64,000 bases of DNA from an uncultured Methanosarcinaceae archaeon (GTDB lineage: Archaea; Halobacteriota; Methanosarcinia; Methanosarcinales; Methanosarcinaceae): NCBI GenBank assembly GCA_963847185.1, contig CAWJYV010000003.1, positions 13,834 to 77,833 of the forward strand. Reading direction: 5' to 3'. Made by a program: the position numbers and the translations under genes. Position 1 is the first letter of the stretch; every line of letters starts with the position of its first letter. A model generated the notes under the pieces. The model saw only the letters and a list, made by a program, of their open reading frames with translations, had not been told where the DNA came from and ran no database searches. Positions 1-10,143 of the stretch are shown piece after piece.

Positions 1-440
1 CTTTTATTGCAGTTATATATCGTATACAGGTAACCCACTATTTTACTTCAACTTCTAATTTGTTTCATTTTACATGATCATTCCAAGATACCATAATGAA
101 ATTGGAATTTACTCAACGTTTAACATTTTGCGTCACCTGCTATTGTATCGTGTATTGAACTTTCAAATGGTTTTGAATCTGCGAAATCATTTCGGGATAC
201 AACATTCCAGAATTATTTCCCTCGGAAATAATGGGCCCTGGTAATTCCAGAGAACTATCTTAATTTCTGATCTATATCGATTCAATGACAAAGCCCCGAC
301 TTTTCAGGCATTCTCATGGAACTAATCCTGGTTCCTAACCTAACAATACACTCTAAACTTGTTTGATGGTGTAAGATAGGGTTATACACACATTTGGATA
401 AAGGGTTATTTAACCCTATAAATAAGGAGTATGACTTACA

Positions 441-707
441 ATGGGTGAAATAGATATCAGTGAGATCGATCCAGCGTGTAGAAATGCACCGACTAAGAAG
501 ATAAAAGAGGAGGGAGTGACAAAAATCCTCCACAATATTGATTCCTTTGTAGCAACTGGAATAGTACCAAAGGACTGGAAACCAAATGTCACCGGTTGGT
601 TTGAAGATGAAATTGTCTGGAAAGGATGGCTCTATGCCCTACAGTATGAGGAAAACAAAAACGGTGAGATAACTAAACACTATGTTTGTGTGTATCCTAA
701 TGACTGA
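441..707 (+). CDS. Hypothetical protein, 88 aa
   Basis: ATG preceded by AAGGAG; plausible globular composition; no family recognised. Confidence 0.6.
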   Translation: MGEIDISEIDPACRNAPTKKIKEEGVTKILHNIDSFVATGIVPKDWKPNVTGWFEDEIVWKGWLYALQYEENKNGEITKHYVCVYPND

Positions 708-1432
708 GGCTCTAAAGAATCTATAAAAAAATAAGATTAAAGAAGATCACTGGCAAGACAAAACGAAAGAAGATTAAAAAGAAGGAAGGCAGTAAAAGAC
801 TAGTCTTCTAACTAAATTATTTCCTTTTTGCTCTACTTAGAAATGCATCAATTCCTGTGAATATAATTGTTTTTTCTTTTGCGAGTGCATTTACATAGTC
901 TGATTTATCGTAAAAAATGGTAATATATATTCAAGTTCGAATTCCCGAATCATTTTTTGAAAAACTGGATGGGTACACTGTTATAAATAATCTTTCTTGG
1001 AGACTATTTGACAAGTTTTTATCTGAGGATCAGTGACCCTCCTTGGACATCTCGAACGGGATCACTGACTCCTAACATCGTTTGTAACAAATGACCCTCA
1101 TGAGTTATTTTATGAATTTCTAAAAAATGGGATGAATGGTGTTATTATCACTGCTAAATCCTTTACTTTTGAATGAATGATCCGTATTTGGTTTTATACA
1201 ATATAGTTTCTTTTGATTTTTCGAATACATTTTCTACATTGATTATATTTTTTTCATTGTTTTGTGTTACAATATTAACTGAATTATCTGTTGATTTTAT
1301 ATTAACCCAAGGTTATTTTCCTGTAGCAATAATACTAGGATTATCTTTGTCTTTAGGACTCAATTCCTCAATCTCGATTTTATTCTATAGGAGGACCATT
1401 ATTTAATTTATCTTAAAAGTAACTGTATTTTC

Positions 1433-1554
1433 GGCTCTGTAGAATATATATTTAATTCAACTGCAAGAGGCTGAAATTAGATCAATAAAAGTATATCAGG
1501 TTATTCAGTTCAAATTAATGGAGATTCGTTATTTCAGAGGATTTCTACAGAGCC
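1433..1554. mobile_element. MITE-like element, family A (about 122 bp)
   Basis: Terminal inverted repeats GGCTCTGTAGAA / TTCTACAGAGCC; a partial inverted copy of the interior lies at 14995-15073. Confidence 0.7.
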
Positions 1555-1757
1555 CTATAATTATATTGATTAAAGTCATCCAATAATTCTAATCAGAAAA
1601 GGTATATCTTATTGAAAACGAAAATGATGGATATCATTTTTAATTCTGATATAAATATAACTCCGATTTGACGCATTAGATTAGAAGAGGTCAGTGTGGC
1701 AAGAGATTGACAAAGGAGTCCGGAATAAATATTCACCGGAAAAGCGAGGATTCCGAA

Positions 1758-2333
1758 ATGAATGAGGAAAATAAAACTGCAAAAATAAATGAGGCAAAGC
1801 AAAAGGAGCTGGAAATGGTAGAAAAAACTGAAGAATCCGAGATTTCCAGGCAGCTTCTTAAAAGGGCTTGTAAGACCGACAATTATGAAGACAAGCTAAG
1901 GATGTATAATGAAGCCTTAACTCTGGATCCCCTATACCTTGATGCGTGGATTCAGAAAGGTTTTGCCCTGGACAGAATGGGAAGATCAAAAGAGGCCCTT
2001 GCATGTTATGACAGAGCCCTCGAAATTGAACCCAACAATCCGGGTATCATGTGCCTCAAGGGTTTTGCTTTCAATAACTTAGCAGAGTTTGAAAAATCGA
2101 TAGAGTGTTATGATGAAGTCCTGAAAGTAAATCCTGAGGATGCATTTTCCTGGTATCAGAAAGGCTCAGCTCTGGAAAGTCTGGACAGATATATGGAAGC
2201 TATGGAGTGTTACGACAGAGCTCTTGAGATCGATCCTACTGATGCCCTTATCAGAGAGAAAAAATTAAGGCTACTTGAACTTATTTATAAAAAAGGGAAT
2301 TTAACTAATTCTACAGACAGCGGTTTTAACTGA
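1758..2333 (+). CDS. Tetratricopeptide repeat protein
   Basis: Repeated TPR motifs (AW..KG.AL..G...EAL.CYD.AL.I.P); ATG at 1758 after GAGGA preferred over TTG at 1707. Confidence 0.9.
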   Translation: MNEENKTAKINEAKQKELEMVEKTEESEISRQLLKRACKTDNYEDKLRMYNEALTLDPLYLDAWIQKGFALDRMGRSKEALACYDRALEIEPNNPGIMCLKGFAFNNLAEFEKSIECYDEVLKVNPEDAFSWYQKGSALESLDRYMEAMECYDRALEIDPTDALIREKKLRLLELIYKKGNLTNSTDSGFN

Positions 2334-2418
2334 AATTAAATGGGTGAAAAAAGAGTAAAGAAAACATCTTTCAACCTTTACTGCATACTTTTTCATCATT
2401 ATTATTAATTTTTCGCTT

Positions 2419-3201
2419 TTATTTTTTGCTTTCTTCCTTTTCTTTCCTGATATCTTCAACAACATCCATAAGTTTCTCTTTGATTTTCACGATAGCATCT
2501 ACAGCATCTCCGCCTACCTCAATCGGAGCCCTTTTTTCCAGATCTGCCTGCATTAGCTGGAGGTCAAAGGGAATTTCCCCAAGGACAGGGATACCTAGTT
2601 CTTCGAGCCTGTCATTCACTTTTCCGGAACCGCCTTTATTAATTACGGCAGCAAGGTGCTTTATCCCGATTTCGGAGGAAAGTTTCTTGATCCTTTCAGC
2701 GGTTTCAAGGGATCTTGCCCCTGGCTCTACAACTACTATCATAAGATCCATGCCTCTGGTCGTACCTCTTCCGAGATGTTCTATTCCAGCTTCCATATCA
2801 AGGATCACTGCACTTTTTTCCTTAAGCATGAGATGTCTGAGGAGAGCTCTCAGGAAAGCAGAAGCCGGGCACATGCAGCCGCTGCCTCCCTTGTCCACAG
2901 TACCCATGACAAGCATCCTCACGCCATCAGGTCCTATTACTCCGTATTTGCCTGCAATGTCGTCCACTTTTGGATTGTAAATGAAAGCCCCGCCTTCGGC
3001 ACCCGCCCTTTCCTGGATCAGGTCTTTAAAATCTGCCAATGGTTTTGGGGGTTTTTCTATTCCAAGAGAAGATGCAAGGTTCATATCCGGGTCTGCATCT
3101 ATTGCCAGGACTTCATATCCATCCCTTGCAAGCAGTCTGGCAAGAGTGCCAGAGAGAGTTGTCTTTCCAACGCCGCCTTTTCCGGTAATTGCTATTTTTA
3201 T
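2419..3201 (-). CDS. cooC: CO dehydrogenase nickel-insertion ATPase CooC, probable ATA start
   Basis: Frame extends upstream of the ORF track to (I)KIAITGKGGVGKTT Walker A; GSGCMCP and DMEAGIEHLGRGT motifs. Confidence 0.9.
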   Translation of the reverse strand: MKIAITGKGGVGKTTLSGTLARLLARDGYEVLAIDADPDMNLASSLGIEKPPKPLADFKDLIQERAGAEGGAFIYNPKVDDIAGKYGVIGPDGVRMLVMGTVDKGGSGCMCPASAFLRALLRHLMLKEKSAVILDMEAGIEHLGRGTTRGMDLMIVVVEPGARSLETAERIKKLSSEIGIKHLAAVINKGGSGKVNDRLEELGIPVLGEIPFDLQLMQADLEKRAPIEVGGDAVDAIVKIKEKLMDVVEDIRKEKEESKK

Positions 3202-3339
3202 AGGAGTTCCCCCTGAACATTGATTCTGATCAACTGAAATGGTTCTTTAAACGATTTTTCAAGATAGTTTTCTAAGCAGGGATATAGCCACCAAACTGTT
3301 TTATACTTATTCATTTGTGCCGAATTTTGCTGGTAGATC

Positions 3340-4812
3340 TCAAGCTCCTGAAAGAGACGCATAGACTGTATTTCCGTATCTTCCGATATTGATCCTGTCC
3401 CCGTTGTCCTCAGGTTCATTTGAATAATCAGAAGATATATATCCGGCGTCAATGCAAGGAGAGTTCACTTTGTCCTTAACCCATGTTTTTCCATTCCAGT
3501 GACCTGAGACAGACTGCAGGTGGTAGTCATGATTTTTCGGGTCTACAAAAAGAGGATCTACGTGGATATCAGTTGTTGAGTTTGCGTTTTTATAATCTCC
3601 GGCTGCATTGTTGTAAAAACAATTGTTTTCCAGCACGAATTCGTGAGTTCCTGAGAGATAGTTAATCACACCATAGCCTGTCCCTGCAGGGTCTTTGGTA
3701 CGCTTCAAGGTACTGGTAATAATATTATTGCGGACAATAGTTATGCACTCTGTACCTGTCGGCAAAATGTCTGTTTCAGAGCTTGCAGAATCCATTTGAA
3801 CTACGGCCGCATGGTAAACGCTATCAAATACATTATTTTCTACAAGAGTATCATGGAATCCATTTGTTACAATGCCCCCTACCCAATCGATACTGGGGTT
3901 TGTGCCGGTGTTGTAGAAAACATTATGATGGATATGAACGTTTCTTGCATCCTCTCGGGCTGAAGAGGGATCGGAATTAACAAGCCATATTCCTGGCCCA
4001 TAGGTGTTATTGATGGTATTATCATGGATCTCGATATCATCCATGATACCTGCAGTCTTCTGTATCTGGATCCCTGGCCCACCTGCACTCCAGTCATAGA
4101 AAGAATTGATAATGTTATCGTGCAGATTTACGTGATTCGAATCCCATACCCTCAAACCGCTGTTGGTCCTGCATGTGATAGTATTATTCCAGGCTTCTAC
4201 GTTATTGCAATTGATTGCAAAAAATCCATCGTGTCCCAGTTTAGAGATTCTGTTATTATAAAACTGAATATTTTCACTATTTTTTATCCTTAGTCCGTCT
4301 CCATGTCCATCATGCATAAGCATATTATACACCTTTATATCATTGCAATGAAGGAAATAAATCATATTATAATAGCCGTCACCTCTCTCAACTTCAGTAT
4401 TACCGTCATGATTTCCATCAATTTCGAAATCTCTTAAAACAATATTCTCGTTTCCCGAATCGTTTATCTGCTGGATAAGAGGTTTCATAGTGGCCCAGCC
4501 TGCATGGTCAACAAGCTTAATCTTCACACCAGTTTCCCCTTCTAGAATCGTATTGCTGCCAATTAGAAGGGTGTCATCAATAACGTAAGTAAATGGTCCT
4601 TTAAGGTGCACAGTTGTATATTCAGGGTTTTCTGTTACAAATTTAAGAGCCTCATTTATCTGTACATGATCATCTTTTCCGTCACAATTGAAGTCTCCGC
4701 TGCCATCGCCGGCAACATAAATTACTGGTGCAGGAGTCTTACATAAACCAGTAGAGATATTTGCAAGGATTAAAAAAACTACCAGAAGAAGAATTTTTAG
4801 TCTTTTTTTCAA
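3340..4812 (-). CDS. Secreted disaggregatase-related right-handed beta-helix protein
   Basis: Signal peptide, YVAGDGSGDFNCDG motif, PbH1-type repeats, C-terminal SPCIDAG..RINIGRYG; paralog of the gene at 12639. Confidence 0.85.
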   Translation of the reverse strand: MKKRLKILLLVVFLILANISTGLCKTPAPVIYVAGDGSGDFNCDGKDDHVQINEALKFVTENPEYTTVHLKGPFTYVIDDTLLIGSNTILEGETGVKIKLVDHAGWATMKPLIQQINDSGNENIVLRDFEIDGNHDGNTEVERGDGYYNMIYFLHCNDIKVYNMLMHDGHGDGLRIKNSENIQFYNNRISKLGHDGFFAINCNNVEAWNNTITCRTNSGLRVWDSNHVNLHDNIINSFYDWSAGGPGIQIQKTAGIMDDIEIHDNTINNTYGPGIWLVNSDPSSAREDARNVHIHHNVFYNTGTNPSIDWVGGIVTNGFHDTLVENNVFDSVYHAAVVQMDSASSETDILPTGTECITIVRNNIITSTLKRTKDPAGTGYGVINYLSGTHEFVLENNCFYNNAAGDYKNANSTTDIHVDPLFVDPKNHDYHLQSVSGHWNGKTWVKDKVNSPCIDAGYISSDYSNEPEDNGDRINIGRYGNTVYASLSGA

Positions 4813-5367
4813 TATCTAATCACCTATACACAATTTTCAATTATGTTCCTTGCGCAAAAATTCATGTTGTAGTGCGTTAATATTTTCCAGAAACTTCTAT
4901 ACTATAGAAAACAGACTTCATTCATATTTTTGTTCAATCTCTTACACAAACAACAGAGTTTTGCATATATAGTATCCACTATTTCATTTCTCATTGCCGG
5001 GGTTATCTGGGATGGAAATTCCAGTTCCAGAGACTACTGAATCCTATTGAAAAAAGTAATTGATTCAGACTTGGTTTTCTTCTTTTTCAGATATTCTAAC
5101 TCTTATTTACCCGATTTCTAAAATATTTGAATCAAAAATATATTCTTATTAAGATGTCAATTATGTTTCTATAGTTAACACTGTAGATAAAGAAATCATA
5201 ATATAAAAAAGGTTACAGATTAACTTTTAAAATTGAGAATCTAATTTGAAACCAGGTCTCAGGTACTTCAAAAATTCTTCTCTAATAAAGCTGATTATCG
5301 GTCAAAATTCTGATTTATCTGGTTTCAGGTTATCTACTCTTAATTATTTCTAAACTATCTGGCTCAA

Positions 5368-6978
5368 CTAATACTCTCGGTTATTTATAAACTCAAACCC
5401 TTTTTCTAAAGCAACATGCTTGAGGTACTTTTCGAGATAGTTTCCTTCCTTCTTTGAAAAACCCGCATCTTTTGCAAGCCTCTCGAGTACTTTCTGAACT
5501 CCGGTCCCATACTGCATTGCTTTTTTTTCCTTCCAGACAAGTTCCTGTGGGAGAAGGTTTTCTGCTGCCTTTCTTAGAATGTATTTCCTTATATATAGGT
5601 CATCTTTTTTCAGGACTTTAAGTTCAGGGATAATTGCAAGCCCTGTTTTTATTACGTCTTTATCCAGAAAAGGTACCCTGAGCTCTACAGAGTTAGCCAT
5701 TGTAACCATATCGTCTCTTTCAAGATTAATTGTGGAAATATTCTCAAGGTCCGAATAAATTTCCCTGTCAAGTACCTCTGGTCCCTGTTCAAGAAAGGCT
5801 TCGTGTCTTCTGTACCCGCCGAAGAGTTCATCTGCACCCTGCCCTGTCAAAAGGACTCGCTTTTCATCTGCTTTTGCGGTTTTTGCAACAGTATAAAGAG
5901 GAAGCCCGATTGCAATTGTCATGGGGTCAACGGATTCGGTCGCATAAATCACTTCAGGGACTGCAGCTTCTATTTCATCGAACGAAAGGAAGTGTATTTT
6001 CAGAGAATCCTGCATACCAATAGCTTCAGCCGCCTCTTCAGCCTGGGCAATGTCATGGGAATCAGGAAGTCCAACTGCGTAAAGAGAGATAGACGGATTA
6101 ATTTTCTTTGCAAGAGCTGCTAAAAAGGTACTATCAATCCCTCCGGAAAATGCAATTCCCGAAGCTGATGTAAGCCTGAGCTCCACAGCCTTTTCGAGAG
6201 ACAGCTTAAGGCGAAAAACAGCTTCTCCTTCTTCAGAAATCCTTTCCTGCGGCTTTTTAGTTTTAAGGGATTTTTCTTCAAAATTTCCGCTCTGGAGATT
6301 GAAACTCATAATACTGCCCGGAGGAAAAGGTATGGGGTTTGCGTCATTCTCCTTTCCAATATCTATTCTTCTCTCTGTTTCAGTATTTATTCCAGTACCT
6401 ACTACAATATTTATTCCAGTAGCTATGCCAGTACCTGTTCTCGCCGCAAAGAGAGCCTTTTTTTCAGAGGCAAATATGATTTCCTGATTTTCTGTCCTTT
6501 TTTCTGAGACGTAATCTGAGACATAGTCTGAGAAATAAAACAGAGGCTTAACTCCGGCAGGGTCCCTGGCAAGCACCAGCTCGCCGTCAAAAGCGTATGC
6601 AAGAGCATAGTCTCCGTTTACTGTGGATAATACGGAAGAGACAGCATCTATGGGGTTATCTCCTTCCTTAATTCGAGTTTCTATCAGGGAAAAAAGCACT
6701 TCAGTATCGGAGTCGGCATTTATTCCTGATTTTGATGCAAGCTCTCTGAAATTGAAGATTTCCCCATTGAGTACGAGAGCTCCTTTTCCTATCAGAGGCT
6801 GGGGCATGTTTCCTGTAATTTTGAGCAGGGTATTGCCTATGCTCAGGTTTAAGGCCTGATATGTACCACAGGCATCAGGGCCCCTGTGTCTGAGGGCGGC
6901 AAGCATCTTTTTTACTTTTATGCTGATGGCATTTATGTTAGTATCAGGAGTTCCGAATGCTCCTGCAATTCCACACAT
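5368..6978 (-). CDS. asnB: Asparagine synthase (glutamine-hydrolysing)
   Basis: Starts MCGIAG (Ntn Cys) after AGGAG; HRGPD, NGEIFN, SGGIDS and GQGADELFGGY motifs. Confidence 0.92.
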   Translation of the reverse strand: MCGIAGAFGTPDTNINAISIKVKKMLAALRHRGPDACGTYQALNLSIGNTLLKITGNMPQPLIGKGALVLNGEIFNFRELASKSGINADSDTEVLFSLIETRIKEGDNPIDAVSSVLSTVNGDYALAYAFDGELVLARDPAGVKPLFYFSDYVSDYVSEKRTENQEIIFASEKKALFAARTGTGIATGINIVVGTGINTETERRIDIGKENDANPIPFPPGSIMSFNLQSGNFEEKSLKTKKPQERISEEGEAVFRLKLSLEKAVELRLTSASGIAFSGGIDSTFLAALAKKINPSISLYAVGLPDSHDIAQAEEAAEAIGMQDSLKIHFLSFDEIEAAVPEVIYATESVDPMTIAIGLPLYTVAKTAKADEKRVLLTGQGADELFGGYRRHEAFLEQGPEVLDREIYSDLENISTINLERDDMVTMANSVELRVPFLDKDVIKTGLAIIPELKVLKKDDLYIRKYILRKAAENLLPQELVWKEKKAMQYGTGVQKVLERLAKDAGFSKKEGNYLEKYLKHVALEKGFEFINNREY

Positions 6979-7096
6979 AGTTACTCCTTTTTCTCCTTTT
7001 TTCTTTCGGTTTGCTGTATACACGCACTCTATCTCTATTTATCATTTTTCCATACGGAGGGCTGGGATTCTTTCTGAGAATAAAGCTAAGAAAAAG

Positions 7097-7836
7097 GGCA
7101 TTGTTAACTAAATATAGTTAACTCATTATTTCTGTATTTCATTAAGAGAAGAACTGAATACTTTAGCATTTCAAGACTCTTAGTATAACACTTTGTCTTT
7201 CTTCTCAATCTTGCCAGAAAGTGTCTAAATATGCTGTTATATCCTTCAACAGTATACGTTTCTGCTTTTGATTGAGTATGAATTTTATCTGGAACGAACT
7301 CTGCATATGCCCTCCAGTGATCAGTCATCACTTTTTCAATCTCTTTTTCCTTTAACTTTTCCCAGAGATTTTGTCCAGTTTCTGTCCCTCTGCTGCCAAA
7401 AGAGCAGTTGATGAACTTTTTCCCAACTCTATCAACAGCAATCCAGATCCAGCAATATTTTTTTTGTTACCGATGTAAGTGTGCATCTCATCTATTTCAA
7501 CAATAGAGATCTCATTTTCGCTTTTTAGTTCTTCTAACTCCTGACCAAATTTCTTTATCCATTTTTGGATAGAAACATGACTTACTCCCAAAAAACGCCC
7601 TATTGACCGAAATCCTAATCCTTCAAGATAGAGTTGTAAAGCCTGTCTCTTAACAGAAGGGGAGCTAGCAGTTGATTTTAGCTCTACTGAATAATTATAT
7701 CCACAATCAGAGCATTTGTAGCGTTGACGGCCATCAACTTTACCATTCTTTATGTGATCGAGACTCTTACATCTTGGGCAGTTCATCAAGAGATATAAGT
7801 TCTCATAATATATATCAGTATTTAGATACCAATGCC
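7097..7836 (-). mobile_element. IS1-family insertion sequence, 740 bp
   Basis: Imperfect TIRs GGCATTGTTAACTAAATA / GGCATTGGTATCTAAATA; 8-bp target duplication AGAAAAAG at 7089-7096 and 7837-7844. Confidence 0.95.
7104..7786 (-). CDS. IS1-family transposase (InsA zinc finger/HTH + InsB DDE) joined by a -1 frameshift
   Basis: CPRC..CSDC zinc finger, HTH and EIDEMHTYIGNKK; A8 run at 7458-7465 shifts into KKYCWIWIAVDR..MTDHWRAY..VEGYNS. Confidence 0.9.
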
Positions 7837-7968
7837 AGAAAAAGATAGTCTCAGAGAAGACTCACCCTAAAATGTAAAATGAAGAATTTAATAAGAAGTA
7901 TTTGATTTGAAAAGAGAGAACTGTTTTAAAGTATACAGTGAATTTTAAAAAATAAAGCCGTTTTTTAT

Positions 7969-8223
7969 TTAGATCTTGGCCTTTACCCGGGCTTCATCCG
8001 GAGAATCTTCTCGCAGCACTTCTACGGCGTACAGAGGGTCTCCCTGCAGGGCAGCAAAGGGGTTCCTCGCGCTTTTTTCGTCACCTATCCAGACAGAGTT
8101 AGTGCAGTACATGCAACAGCAACGCGTTGTATACAGATTGTTTTCAGGCCTGTAGCTGCCGCAGCAGTTGATTCCTCGCAGAACTCCATGTTTGCAGAGG
8201 ACAAGCTGTCTGGTAAGGTGCAA
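7969..8223 (-). CDS. Small Cys-rich hypothetical protein, 84 aa
   Basis: TTG start after AGGA; coding-like GC content in AT-rich surroundings; CKHG..CCG..CCCMYC. Confidence 0.6.
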   Translation of the reverse strand: MHLTRQLVLCKHGVLRGINCCGSYRPENNLYTTRCCCMYCTNSVWIGDEKSARNPFAALQGDPLYAVEVLREDSPDEARVKAKI

Positions 8224-8618
8224 ATCCTATTCAATATCTTCCTGAATCTGTTTCTGGTTTATTTGTTCTTTTGAATTCACAATTATACCCCGTTTATAAT
8301 TATGTGTTATATACATTTAAAACTTTCTAAATCAGTATGTGTTTTTACAATATTGAAGTTCTTATAACATACTGGGTAATGGGATCATAGCAGGAAAATC
8401 ATATCCAACCAATTGTGAAAACGGCAATGATTCTTTTTTAAAGAAACTTTTTATCTGTCTTCCTCATTTCTAAATATACGCAACGTTTTTAAGCATCTTA
8501 TAATTATTATGGTGCTGACTGTTAATTATTACTTTTGATATCCTTAATCTGCATCCGGACCACTGAAATACAGGAGATGTAAGATTAATCTAAAAATTCA
8601 AAATTGAGGCTTTTAAAA

Positions 8619-8870
8619 ATGCAGTACCAGGCAACAGTTAGAATTGAACAGAAGGCAGGTATTCTTGATCCTGAAGGCACTACCGCAAAAAGAGCCCTTG
8701 GGCATCTTGGTTACGAGGTAAGCAGCGTAAAGACAGCAAAGCTGTATGAAATTATACTCGAAGCTGAGTCTGCAGAGATTGCAGAGAAAAAAGTTGACGA
8801 GATGTGCCAGAAGCTTATCGCAAACCCGATAGTCCACAACTACACAATAAAACTCACGGAACTTAGCTGA
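8619..8870 (+). CDS. purS: Phosphoribosylformylglycinamidine synthase subunit PurS
   Basis: ILDPEG and LIANP motifs; upstream of purQ. Confidence 0.95.
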   Translation: MQYQATVRIEQKAGILDPEGTTAKRALGHLGYEVSSVKTAKLYEIILEAESAEIAEKKVDEMCQKLIANPIVHNYTIKLTELS

Positions 8871-8943
8871 GAATTTTCCCGTGGAAGATGGATTGAAACG
8901 TCAGAAAAGCTAAAGCTTTGAATGCTGAAATTGAGGGAAAAAA

Positions 8944-9642
8944 ATGAAGATTGCCATTATTCAGTTCGGAGGCTCAAACTGCGATCTGGACGTCCTCCAT
9001 GTCCTTAAAGATGTCGTGGGCGTTGATGCCGAAACTGTCTGGTACAAACAGGAAAATCTGACAGGCTTTGACGGAGTTGTTGTCCCTGGAGGTTTTTCCT
9101 ACGGAGATTATCTTAGAGCAGGGGCAATTGCAGCCCGGACTCCGATTATGGATTCAGTGAAAAAACTTGCAGCCGAAGGAAAACCAGTCCTTGGAATTTG
9201 CAATGGTTTTCAGATTCTCACAGAAGCCCGGCTTCTTGAAGGAGCTCTTACAACCAACGAGTATCCAAAATTCAGGTGCCACTGGACGAACCTTAGAGTA
9301 GAGACAACAGATACGCCTTTTACCTCGAAATTCAAAAAAGGCGAAGTAATCAGGATGCCCATTGCCCATATGGAAGGAAAGTTCTATGCTGAAGAAAAAG
9401 ACCTGGCAGAACTTGACGAAAACAACCAGGTAGTTTTCCGCTATGTGGATGAAAATGGAAAAGTAACTGATGAAGCTAATCCCAACGGTTCGCTGGAAAA
9501 CATCGCAGGAGTAGTAAACGCTTCAAAAAACATTCTCGGACTCATGCCTCACCCTGAAAGGGCTTCAGAGTCAATCCTTGGTTCAGATGACGGCCTGCGG
9601 CTTTTCGAGTCTATGGTTGATTATATTGCCAAGAATTTCTAA
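8944..9642 (+). CDS. purQ: Phosphoribosylformylglycinamidine synthase subunit PurQ
   Basis: PGGFSYGDYLRAG, GICNGFQ and MPHPER motifs. Confidence 0.97.
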   Translation: MKIAIIQFGGSNCDLDVLHVLKDVVGVDAETVWYKQENLTGFDGVVVPGGFSYGDYLRAGAIAARTPIMDSVKKLAAEGKPVLGICNGFQILTEARLLEGALTTNEYPKFRCHWTNLRVETTDTPFTSKFKKGEVIRMPIAHMEGKFYAEEKDLAELDENNQVVFRYVDENGKVTDEANPNGSLENIAGVVNASKNILGLMPHPERASESILGSDDGLRLFESMVDYIAKNF

Positions 9643-10143
9643 ATCTCTTTTTTTCTTTAATTTGTTTTCTATTTTTTATTAATCTCTTTATTTTTTATTA
9701 GTTGTTCAAATTTTGACAAATTTATTAAATTCCTTTGTTTTTGATTATTTGTTAAATTTTGATAATTTCATTTCTCTATTTTCAATCTTTTAAGCTTTTT
9801 AAGCTCTTTTTATTTTTTAAAAACTATAACTCTTTCACTTCAGTTAATTTACTAATTATATTTTTGAATTAATGGTATTCTCTACTTCTCATTTTTTCTC
9901 CTATTTTCTTTTTTCAAAAACAAACTCTCAGATTTTAATTTTCGGGCGCCTCTCATAAAATAGATATCCTGGTCGCAAGAAATCAATAAGAGAAGCATAT
10001 AAAAAGAAGTTCAGATTTATTATTCAGGATATATATTTCAAAATGTATTTATTGTTCCACATTATTAATGTTATGAGTTATTATAAAGACAGTGTTTATT
10101 TTTCTGTCTTTATAACTTAATTATTTAAGGGGAGTACGGATTA

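Noticed and set aside
935-948. GTTCGAATTCCCGA resembling the tRNA-Glu T arm (possible att site)
   Set aside because: Too short, contains an insertion, and no integrase is nearby.
2426-3223. Long antisense ORFs over cooC, and similar shadow ORFs over other genes
   Set aside because: Opposite-strand or alternate-frame shadows of well-supported genes, with no recognisable motifs.
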